Shown here one piece after another: positions 55,856-64,000 of a stretch of 64,000 nucleotides of DNA. Below the pieces are notes generated by a model. That model was not told the origin of the DNA. It ran no database searches and saw only the letters and a list, made by a program, of their open reading frames with translations. Numbering within the stretch: position 1 is the stretch's first letter; each line of letters opens with the position of its first letter. Location of the stretch: positions 3,232,001 through 3,296,000 of the forward strand of contig CBDCTZ010000016.1 of assembly GCA_965222375.1 (NCBI GenBank). The letters run 5' to 3'. Source of the DNA: Polyangiaceae bacterium (GTDB taxonomy: Bacteria > Myxococcota_A > Polyangia > Polyangiales > Polyangiaceae). A program made the translations under genes and the position numbers.

Positions 55856-57900
55856 AGACCGCTTGGAAGATCCTCCTACTAGCCGTTGGTCTGGCGCCAG
55901 CGGTGGGTGTGACCATCGATGCGCAGGCTGAAAAATCCGTGCGCCAGTTGTCACCTCGCCAGAAGGTGCTTGCGCGCATCCCCCACGACCCCAAAGTTTT
56001 GGTGAACGTCACGCGGCGCGAACTTCCCGCCAGTCCGGATCTATTGCACCTCGGGCGGCGCAGTACCCGAGCCCTCGAGCGTTGCTTGGCGGACAACGTC
56101 GACGTTTACGTGCGAATGCACTGCGCCAAGGTGCTCGCGGCCCTCGGAGATCGCCGAGCGCTGCCCACGCTGCATACGGCACTGGAGGACTGGGAGGCCG
56201 GAGTGCGCCTTCAAGTCGTCTTCGCGTTACGGCAAATGGCCGACCCGAGCTCCTACTCGGCGTTGCTCAAGCTGTTCCAACGCAAAGACGAGAAGCCGCA
56301 CATCCGACACGCGGTGATCGCTGCCATGGGCGCAATTAGCAACCCCAAGGCATTGGCGGTCTTGCGCAAGGAGCTTCGCCGCAAGCCCAAGCCTAACGAC
56401 AGACGTGGCGACTTTCGGGCATCGGCGTTTCGTGCTCTGTGGCGAAGTCGGCACTTGATGGCTCGTACCACCCTCGAAAGCGATGTCGCCCATGCTCTCA
56501 AGTCCGACCACGATGGCGTTGCTCTTGCCGCGACCGAAGCCTCAGCCGAGTTGCGATCGCGACGGTTGGTGCGTCCTCTAACGGCCTTGCTCTCCCATCA
56601 GAACGCGGAGATTCGCAACAAGGCTGCCTATGGGCTGGGGCGGATCGGCGATCGGGGCGCAACCCGCGCGCTGCTTGCGCAGCTTCCGAAGGTGCGCGAA
56701 GCGCGCATGCTCAACAACATCAGCTTTGCTTTGGAGCGCCTCGACCGCAAGGCGTTCTACAAAGCCATCTCGAAGATCATCGGCCACAAGCAGGCCGTGA
56801 TTCGTCTCAACGCCGCATTCGTCGTGGGCGATGTGAAGCGAGCCGAAGGCTTGCCCGTGCTGGAGGCCGCCCTCAAAGACCCCAGCGACTTCGTCCGCAC
56901 CAGCGCCATCGTTGCCGTGGGTAAGGTGGGAGATCCGCGGGGTGTGAAGTTGCTGGAGCCTTTCGTGCGCTCTGCGAATTCGACCATTCGCCAGGAAGCC
57001 ATCTATTCCCTACACCGGCTGACGGGTGGGAAGCGCAAGGAACTGATCTACGATAAGCTGTTCAACAGCCGATTCGCCAAGTCATCCCGCGGCCACGCCA
57101 TGCGAAGGCGCGCCGCCCTGGTCCTGGGCAAGGCAGGTGACCAACGGGTTCGGGACTACCTCCTCGGTTGTTTCGAATCCGACGGCTGCAATTACTGGCA
57201 GGTGAAGCCGTACTTGCTTCAGGACAAGGCCGCTGCCGTCAACGGTCGGTTGCTGTTGTGGTGGGCCAACGGCAGCTACGAAGTTGGTGGCTTGGTTGCT
57301 CAGCGGCGCCCTAGCGGGACGCGTACTCTCGCAGTCAGCGAGCTCGCGTCGTCGGTATGGGGCGGCAACGACAAGTCGACGCGAAAGAGCATCGACCTGG
57401 TAGGTGCCGTCGGCACGACGCGCGAGCGGGCCCGGCTTCGGCCCTTGTTGACCGCCAAGAACACTTGGCATCGCGTACACGCCGGCGCTGCACTGCTACG
57501 CCTGGGCGATACTCGAGTATCGAAGCCGTTGCTGGCAGACTTCGACAACCTCCCGGCGGAATGGCTGCCCTACTACGTGCGTGTGGTGGGTGGTCTCGAG
57601 AACAAAAAGGCCATCGCCACGCTGAAGCCGGAGCTCGACGCACGAGCGCGCTCGGCAGATGTCGATCACGCTGCCGCAGCGCGAGGGATTCTGCTCTCCT
57701 TCGAACCCGAGACGGGTTTCTTTGGGATGCTGTCGAGCTTGGCCTCGAAAAACGCCCGGGAGCGCGAGCTTGCCGAGCGCTACCTCCGCAGGAATGAGGA
57801 TCGCAAGGTGACCTGGGTCATGCGTCGTGCCCTCGCTCGAGAGGGTCGCGCAGATGTGCGCGATCGTTTGCGCAGACTACTCGACGAACGCCGCGAGTAG
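55852..57900 (+). CDS. Secreted HEAT repeat protein
   Basis: Signal peptide ending AQA; repeated VR..AA.ALG.IGD motifs. Confidence 0.9.
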   Translation: MKTAWKILLLAVGLAPAVGVTIDAQAEKSVRQLSPRQKVLARIPHDPKVLVNVTRRELPASPDLLHLGRRSTRALERCLADNVDVYVRMHCAKVLAALGDRRALPTLHTALEDWEAGVRLQVVFALRQMADPSSYSALLKLFQRKDEKPHIRHAVIAAMGAISNPKALAVLRKELRRKPKPNDRRGDFRASAFRALWRSRHLMARTTLESDVAHALKSDHDGVALAATEASAELRSRRLVRPLTALLSHQNAEIRNKAAYGLGRIGDRGATRALLAQLPKVREARMLNNISFALERLDRKAFYKAISKIIGHKQAVIRLNAAFVVGDVKRAEGLPVLEAALKDPSDFVRTSAIVAVGKVGDPRGVKLLEPFVRSANSTIRQEAIYSLHRLTGGKRKELIYDKLFNSRFAKSSRGHAMRRRAALVLGKAGDQRVRDYLLGCFESDGCNYWQVKPYLLQDKAAAVNGRLLLWWANGSYEVGGLVAQRRPSGTRTLAVSELASSVWGGNDKSTRKSIDLVGAVGTTRERARLRPLLTAKNTWHRVHAGAALLRLGDTRVSKPLLADFDNLPAEWLPYYVRVVGGLENKKAIATLKPELDARARSADVDHAAAARGILLSFEPETGFFGMLSSLASKNARERELAERYLRRNEDRKVTWVMRRALAREGRADVRDRLRRLLDERRE

Positions 57901-57903
57901 TTC

Positions 57904-59604
57904 GTGCCAGCGCGTTGGCTGCCGCTGCTGCTCGCCGCTACGGCGGCCCTGTGCATCGTGCCCGGCGTGCCTGCGACGGTCAGCAAGACCCTAGTGGTTG
58001 CGCTGGGCGTGTGTGTGTTGGGGGCGCTCGGAGTTTCGGACGGCCAGCGGGGTCGCGCCTTTCTGGCGACGCCGCTGGGCCTCTGGGGCATCCTATCGAT
58101 CTGGGTCGGACTCGGGCTCGTCTGGGGTAACCCAGGTGGGCTGCCTCGCGTGTTGCTTCTGGGCCTGGGTTGGTGTTTTGCCGCGACGGTGGCGCAGCGG
58201 CTAGCGGCCGGATCGCGGCGCGCCTTGGTCGAAGAGGTTGGCGCGATCGTTGGCTTGGCCAGTTCGGGCGCCGTGGCTGTGGGACGAGTCCTCGGCACGG
58301 ACCTGGGAGCGTGGGTGTTCGGCAACGAGAACTGGCTGGGAGTGGCGCTCTGTCTATCCCTGGCCACTACCGTCGGGGCCGTACTAAGCAAGTCGGGTCG
58401 ATCGCGTTGGCGGTGGGGCGTGATCGCCTTGGCACAAGCCCTCGCGCTGGGTGTCACGCCCTCTCGGGTGGCCTGGGTCGCTGCGGTCGCCGCCGGAGTG
58501 ACACTGGTCGCTTGGCACAGGTGGTGTCGGGGAAGAGCGCAGGGCAGGGCACTTGCTGCACGACGCCTGGCGACCGGTGTCGTCGGGCTCAGCCTCTCGC
58601 TCACTGCAGTTGGCGTGGGCATGCCTCGAGGTGCGGCGACGGTCGCTGGCAGCAGCACGTCCCGGGCCCTGGAGGGGCGAAGCTGGATCTGGAAAATCAG
58701 TGCGACTGCAGCTTCTCGCGCGCCCGTGCTCGGACGCGGCAGCGGCAGCTTTGGCCACGCCTTTCTCGGTGAGCAAGGCGGCCGCCTCGCGGGGCTATCG
58801 GAGCAAACTGCGTCCCGTCGCTTCGTCAACGCGACGACGGCGCACAACGACTTTCTACATCTTGCCGTTGAGCTTGGTTTCTTGGCTTCCGTGCTGCTAG
58901 CCGGATTTTTGTGGCTACTGCTGCGGCGAGCCTTGGACCGGTCCCCGGCTCAGTCAGCCATGTTAGCCGCGCTTGCGATTTGCATGGTGGGTGAGTCCTG
59001 TCTCACCCAACCCGTGCCAGTGGTGTTTCTTGCTCTTTCCACAGCTGCGCTGTCACCCCGGCCGGCCCGGGTTATGGTCATGGGCAGCTTTGCCACGGGT
59101 GCCCTTGGGGCCGCGCTCCTCGTCCAGGCTTTTCTCTCAGAACGCGCGCTTTCCGAAGCCGACGCACGCGCGGGCTCTGAGCGGTTGGGCTTTGCGATGC
59201 GCGCCGCTAGCGTGGACCCGCGCTCCGGAGCGGCCGCGCTCACGCATGGGCTGGCGCTCTTGGAGCTGGGGCGCGCCAGGGAAGCCCGCCGAGAACTCGA
59301 GCGCTCGAGGGTGCTGCTGGCCAACGTCGGCACCCATGTCGCCCTTGGCAACGCGTACCAAGAGCTGGGCGAGCTGCGAGCCGCGCTTGCCAGCTACCGG
59401 GTCGCATTGAGCTACCATCCAGCCTTACTCAAGGCGCTTGCCAATGAGACCGTGGTTCTGACACGGCTGCAGCGGCTCCCCGAGGCCAGACGCTCGTTGC
59501 GTCGTGCCCAGCAGCTTTGGCCGGGTCACGCAGCGCTTCCTCCCATAGAGGAAGCGCTGCGGCGCGCCGAATTGAACCAAGCGACCGGAGCGTCGGCACC
59601 CTAG
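57904..59604 (+). CDS. O-antigen ligase / Wzy_C family membrane protein with C-terminal TPR
   Basis: FGNENW, SRVAW, RSWIWK, PVLGRGSGSF, AHNDFLHLAVELG; TPR LGNAYQELG. Confidence 0.87.
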   Translation: MPARWLPLLLAATAALCIVPGVPATVSKTLVVALGVCVLGALGVSDGQRGRAFLATPLGLWGILSIWVGLGLVWGNPGGLPRVLLLGLGWCFAATVAQRLAAGSRRALVEEVGAIVGLASSGAVAVGRVLGTDLGAWVFGNENWLGVALCLSLATTVGAVLSKSGRSRWRWGVIALAQALALGVTPSRVAWVAAVAAGVTLVAWHRWCRGRAQGRALAARRLATGVVGLSLSLTAVGVGMPRGAATVAGSSTSRALEGRSWIWKISATAASRAPVLGRGSGSFGHAFLGEQGGRLAGLSEQTASRRFVNATTAHNDFLHLAVELGFLASVLLAGFLWLLLRRALDRSPAQSAMLAALAICMVGESCLTQPVPVVFLALSTAALSPRPARVMVMGSFATGALGAALLVQAFLSERALSEADARAGSERLGFAMRAASVDPRSGAAALTHGLALLELGRAREARRELERSRVLLANVGTHVALGNAYQELGELRAALASYRVALSYHPALLKALANETVVLTRLQRLPEARRSLRRAQQLWPGHAALPPIEEALRRAELNQATGASAP

Positions 59605-59719
59605 CTGAGCCGGCCGCGGCCGTTCATTGTCTAACGCCCATCGGGCTCCAGCCGCGTCAATCCGTGCTAGGGCGCGCCCGCCTCAGCGCGCTGGCGCAGG
59701 GATTCAGCGCCTAGCCATA

Positions 59720-59735
59720 TGGCACGGATTTGGCT
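59720..59735 (+). promoter_or_regulatory. Putative sigma54 promoter
   Basis: TGGCACGGATTTGGCT has GG-N10-GC spacing, 12 nt before ATG 59748. Confidence 0.6.
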
Positions 59736-59747
59736 ATCAGCCGCGCC

Positions 59748-61748
59748 ATGTCCTGCCTGAGAACTCTTGGCACAGTCGCGGCCTTGGGCGCCACGCTGTG
59801 TATGGCACCCCACCTCGCCCACGCCACGCCCATGCCGACGCTGCAGCAAGCCGCAAGCGGAACCTGGAGTATTGCGCCCGCTCACCCTGCCCATGGCGTC
59901 CACGCCGCTTTGCAGGCGCCGCTGCCTCCCAGCTTGTCCGCTCCCCCGTTCAAGAGCACCAAGATCCTCGAGACCCGTCTCGACCTCAGCTTGGATCCGA
60001 CGAGCGGTCAGACGGACGGCAAGCTCGTCGTGAAGCTCAAGGCAGAGCAGGGCTCGGTCGGCAGTTTTGGCATGCTCCTGGATCAGGGGCTGAGCGTTAC
60101 GTTGGCGACGGCACCCGGTTCGACGGTGACGCCCACCACGCAGCCCTATCCGCCGCTGAGCTGGGTGACCTTCACCATTTCTCCGCCCCTAGCGCCCGGC
60201 GAAGTGCGAGACGTGACCATCGACTACACCGGCGCGGTGCAATGCAAGCCCAGCGCTGGCAGCAGCATGAGCGACTACTGCTCGAAGGGTCCACCTCTGG
60301 GCGTGATGATGGAAGGGTCAGCGCTTCCGAGCCTGGTGGATCAAGACAGCCTTGGCGGCTACAACGTCTGGTCTGCCAAACGCACCTTGGTTCTGCATAT
60401 GCCGTCCGGGGTCGATGTCGTGGCCGCGGGCCAGAAGACCGAAGACACGGACGACGGCAAGACCCACACAACGCGCTGGGAGGTTCCGGGCTACCACACG
60501 GCCGGACCGTACTTGATCCTCTTCGGCGACTTGGCGTCAACGGCTGTGGCAAACACCAACCCCGCGACTACCGTATTCACTCCAACATCACTGCCCGCCT
60601 GGCAGGGTGAGATGAGCACTTGGATGACCAGCATCCTGCCCTTCTTGGACCAGCAAACGGGCGCCAAGCTGCCCTTCAAGGAGCTGCAGGTCATGAAGTT
60701 GCCTGCGGGTTGGACGCTGCCCGGGACCGCGGGGGACAGCTTCGTTCTGTTGGCAGAAAACTACGGTGATTACGGTGCGGAGTACTTCGAAGAGACCCTC
60801 GCTCACGAGACGTCCCACGAATGGTGGGGGATCTTGGTGGCCCCCACGGACTTGAACAAGACCCGATGGTTGACCGAGGGCTTGGCGACCCTGACCCAGA
60901 TTGACTACTCATCGGCGAAATTCGCTGGCGGGCTCGATCGGGATAGCTACTTGGCCCGTCGCTACAACGAGCACGCCATGATCCTGAGATACATGGCCGA
61001 CCCCAGCTTGCCGCCCCTGGTCGCCCCATCGGCGCAAGTGGTCCCACAAGACCCGATCCAGACGACTATCTGGGCGTACATTCGTTCTTCCGCGACTCTC
61101 GACCATCTCCGCGTGCTGATCGGTGAAGATGCTTTTGCCCAGAGCCTGCGCGACTACGTGACGCAGTGTACCAAGGCGCACTGCGACACGGCTGACTTCC
61201 AGAAGATTCTCGAGGCGAAAGGTGGCAAAGACCTCAGCTCTGTATTCGCTACCTTCGTCTACGACACACCGGCCATTGCGCCGACCCTCAACTTCGCTCA
61301 GGCCAAGAGCGGGGAGGGCGTCAAACTCACCATTGCCAGCGAGGGCGTGAATCAGACCTTGAGCTTGGAGCTGGTCATCACCTACCAGGACGGAAGCAAC
61401 GAGAAACGGTTGGTAGACTTGCCCGGCAGCGGCCAGCTGGAGCTGCAGGTCAAGCAGCCGGTGATCTCAGTTCGACCCAATCCTCGGCACGATGCGGTGG
61501 TTTGGAGTCGGCCCGCTCAGACCGGCGACGTCGATTTCGACCAAGAGGTCGACGGCTTGGACGTGATTCATTGCGCCTTTCGCCAGGGAAAGACATCCGG
61601 GACCGGTGCCCCCGATGGTGAGGGCGCGTGGCGCCTCGACTTGGACTTCGATTCACGCTGCGACCAGAACAACGATGGCACCTTGGAGGGGGCCGATCTG
61701 CAGGTCCAGCTCGACAACTTCGCGACCCTACGTCAGGAGGCGCTATGA
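59748..61748 (+). CDS. M1 family aminopeptidase with C-terminal dockerin-like domain
   Basis: Signal peptide; HETSHEWWG...WLTEGLA; GDVDFDQEVDGLD and DQNNDGTLEGADL. Confidence 0.88.
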   Translation: MSCLRTLGTVAALGATLCMAPHLAHATPMPTLQQAASGTWSIAPAHPAHGVHAALQAPLPPSLSAPPFKSTKILETRLDLSLDPTSGQTDGKLVVKLKAEQGSVGSFGMLLDQGLSVTLATAPGSTVTPTTQPYPPLSWVTFTISPPLAPGEVRDVTIDYTGAVQCKPSAGSSMSDYCSKGPPLGVMMEGSALPSLVDQDSLGGYNVWSAKRTLVLHMPSGVDVVAAGQKTEDTDDGKTHTTRWEVPGYHTAGPYLILFGDLASTAVANTNPATTVFTPTSLPAWQGEMSTWMTSILPFLDQQTGAKLPFKELQVMKLPAGWTLPGTAGDSFVLLAENYGDYGAEYFEETLAHETSHEWWGILVAPTDLNKTRWLTEGLATLTQIDYSSAKFAGGLDRDSYLARRYNEHAMILRYMADPSLPPLVAPSAQVVPQDPIQTTIWAYIRSSATLDHLRVLIGEDAFAQSLRDYVTQCTKAHCDTADFQKILEAKGGKDLSSVFATFVYDTPAIAPTLNFAQAKSGEGVKLTIASEGVNQTLSLELVITYQDGSNEKRLVDLPGSGQLELQVKQPVISVRPNPRHDAVVWSRPAQTGDVDFDQEVDGLDVIHCAFRQGKTSGTGAPDGEGAWRLDLDFDSRCDQNNDGTLEGADLQVQLDNFATLRQEAL

Positions 61749-62287
61749 AACCGATGACCGCTCTGTTGTGCTGCGCGCTCTTGGCCGCGGCGTGTGGCTC
61801 GAGCTCCGACGAAAGCAAGTCGCCCGGTCCGACTCCTGGCAGCGTCAGCTTCGTATCTGACGCCACGCCGTCTGGGGCCGCGGTTAGCCTCCGTGCCAAG
61901 GAGGTAACGGACGGCAAACTCGTGCTGGAAATCGTCGGCCACGACCTATCCAGGCTGTACGGTGTGGCGACTCGAGTGAGCGTCGATCCCGCAGCGCTCG
62001 GTTTCGAGAAGATGGAAGCCGGGCCCGTATGGCAAGGTGCTGGGGACGCCATCGTTCAAGCCAAAGAGGGCGCACCGGGCAAACTCGTCTTGGTGCTGAC
62101 CCGAAACGGCAAGCAGCCCGGTGTCGAGGCCCAGGATGCGGTGCTAGCGACGCTGCACTACAAGCGCTTGAATCAGGATCTCGAGACACCCGTGACCTTC
62201 GCGCCCGTTCGCAGCGCCATCTTTGGCGATGACGGCAGGCGAATTGATGGCGCGATATTCATCAGTGGTCAGCTCAAGCGCAACTAG
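61745..62287 (+). CDS. Cohesin-like domain lipoprotein
   Basis: Lipobox AAAC; LYGVATRVSVDPAALGF, GKLVLVLTR, VLATLHY; ATGA overlap. Confidence 0.75.
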   Translation: MKPMTALLCCALLAAACGSSSDESKSPGPTPGSVSFVSDATPSGAAVSLRAKEVTDGKLVLEIVGHDLSRLYGVATRVSVDPAALGFEKMEAGPVWQGAGDAIVQAKEGAPGKLVLVLTRNGKQPGVEAQDAVLATLHYKRLNQDLETPVTFAPVRSAIFGDDGRRIDGAIFISGQLKRN

Positions 62288-62531
62288 TCCGAGACGCGCT
62301 CAGAGTGTCGTTACGACCGAACAAGTATCCTTGGCTCGTGGATTGGTGGCATGCCGCGCCGCCACGGCGGTGCAGCGCTCGGTCAACGGGCTCAGGGGAT
62401 CGCTGCCGTACACAGGGGGCGGAGCCTGGTGCGATTGCGCTCCAAGCACATCAAGATGCGGCCACCGCCGGGCTTGATGCCCTTGCGGTGCTTCTTGATG
62501 TCCCGTGCGCAGACTAGGCGCCCTCGCACTG

Positions 62532-62984
62532 CTAGTCGCAGCTGCCTTCGCCGCATTGCGCCGGCGGCGCTAGGACGTCATTCGGCTTCAAGTCGAGCCC
62601 ATTCCCTCGCAGCGGAATTGGATTCGGATCGCAGTCGATGCAACGGCATGGCTTTTCGGCATAGAATGCCGAGTGGTGGCGCCAGCGCTCGTCGTAGATC
62701 CGTTCATAAACCTCTTTCATGCTGCCCGAGTGGCGGGGGTCGCTCGGATCCAAACGCACCGCCTTCCAAACTCGGGCGGTTGTGTTTCGTAGCCTAGCGC
62801 GCAGGTCTGGATCGACTTGTTCTATGTCGAAGGCGTTGACGTAGTCGCCCTTGTACATGTGTCTTGCCCAAATCAGCTCGCGGCGAGCCTTGTCATCCTG
62901 GCAGATCTGATGAAGCACGTCGACGTCGAATTCGTAATCGTCCTCATCGGCCTCCGGCGTGTTACATTCGATGTTTTCTTGCAT
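62532..62984 (-). CDS. Hypothetical protein
   Basis: Acidic N-terminus, CRCIDC motif; start uncertain (ORF open to 63080). Confidence 0.5.
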   Translation of the reverse strand: MQENIECNTPEADEDDYEFDVDVLHQICQDDKARRELIWARHMYKGDYVNAFDIEQVDPDLRARLRNTTARVWKAVRLDPSDPRHSGSMKEVYERIYDERWRHHSAFYAEKPCRCIDCDPNPIPLRGNGLDLKPNDVLAPPAQCGEGSCD

Positions 62985-63092
62985 GCTCGCCGCGTCAGCA
63001 GGAGGTGTGCCATCGGAATGCTCCGGGCAGATCCCGCATGTTGACTGGCGAACGCTCGGCTCGCCACTGGCGGTGGCCATGTGCCGATATGG

Positions 63093-64000
63093 TCAGCCGC
63101 GCCGCGCGCGGCGCTTGCGCGCGCGCACCAGGCCCGCCAGGCCGAGCAGCGCCAACATGAGTTGGGGCGGGGTTGGCGCTCGACGGGGTGTGCGACAGCC
63201 GCATCCGCCATCATCGTCACCACCTCCCCCACTGCTCACGCCTCCCGACCCAGCTGCTCCGGCGCTGCCACCAGCAGCCGCGCTGGCTCCCGCTCCCGCA
63301 ACTCCCGCGCTCCCTCCGCCGGAGCCTGCGACACCTCCGGCGCCGCCCTGACCGCCAGCACCACCGGCACCAGCTGTTCCGGGGGTGTTTCGGGCTTTGG
63401 GCGAGATGTTGGGCGTCAGGCCAGAGCCGGTCTCCAGCAAACGCCCCAACCAGTAGGCCGCGTGGAACCCGCCACCAGGATTGAGCCGGGTGGTGCCAGT
63501 GCTGTTCACCCGATGGGGATCCGAGCGAAACTCGAAGTTGCTCGGTGGGCGAATTCGCATCGGGACCGGCGCGGTGGCAACGACGATGTCGTTCCAACCC
63601 TTGCCGGACTCGAGCGTGATCGGCGTACCGTCCGTGCCGAGGCAGCTTCCTTTGGCGATCTCAGCGGCGTCGCAGTTTTCGACCGCGACGTCCCAATAGG
63701 GCGCTGAGGGGTGCTCCGTCATCATAGACACACCGTCGCTGAGCGCGGTCTTGCCAGGTCCCAGCGAGCCACCGGAGCGAAAGCCAGCGTAGATGAAGTC
63801 GAAGAGCGCTTGCTTGCTGCCTTCTGGCTGTCGCGGCTTGCCCGGCGCGTACAAGTGTTGGTGCAAGATGTCCCGACTGCGCTTTGCCAAGGCGGGATCG
63901 CCTTCGTACCGCAGCAAACCGTAAATGCTGACGAAGGCCATGTTCACGTTGGAGTAGTTGGTGTTGGTCCCTGTGTACATCAAGCTCACGCTGCTTTCGA
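63093..64000 (-). CDS. MYXO-CTERM surface protein, 5' part outside the window
   Basis: DDDGGCGCR + TM + RARKRR tail after a Gly linker. Confidence 0.85.
   Translation of the reverse strand, partial: ESSVSLMYTGTNTNYSNVNMAFVSIYGLLRYEGDPALAKRSRDILHQHLYAPGKPRQPEGSKQALFDFIYAGFRSGGSLGPGKTALSDGVSMMTEHPSAPYWDVAVENCDAAEIAKGSCLGTDGTPITLESGKGWNDIVVATAPVPMRIRPPSNFEFRSDPHRVNSTGTTRLNPGGGFHAAYWLGRLLETGSGLTPNISPKARNTPGTAGAGGAGGQGGAGGVAGSGGGSAGVAGAGASAAAGGSAGAAGSGGVSSGGGGDDDGGCGCRTPRRAPTPPQLMLALLGLAGLVRARKRRARRG

Overview
GC-rich bacterial DNA, almost certainly Myxococcota (Polyangiales-like). The evidence is MYXO-CTERM tails, many Gly/Cys-rich lipoproteins, Ser/Thr kinases and ECF sigma operons. About 55 CDS were found and no rRNA, tRNA or CRISPR array was recognised. 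Housekeeping genes (trxA, purL, cyclophilin, ClC channel, fbaA) lie at 42-51 kb; the rest is mostly accessory secretome. Four candidate undescribed systems stand out. (1) 9.3-12.9 kb: a Tat lipoprotein whose Ig/cadherin-like domain lacks its last strand, followed by signal-less proteins that begin with a matching SxPFx(I/V)x(V/I) strand, suggesting donor-strand docking and hitch-hiker export. (2) 17.4-39.6 kb: an anti-sigma/pseudokinase/kinase plus ECF sigma pair, followed by four transcription units sharing a TGCAA-N16-GTGTC promoter-like motif and encoding secreted hydrolases. (3) Four proteins in those units share an 8-Cys module. (4) 59.7-62.3 kb: a dockerin-bearing M1 peptidase translationally coupled to a cohesin lipoprotein behind a sigma54-like promoter. 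There are also IS3 and IS66 remnants and three pseudogenes. All calls come from reading the sequence by eye, without database searches; start codons are best guesses.
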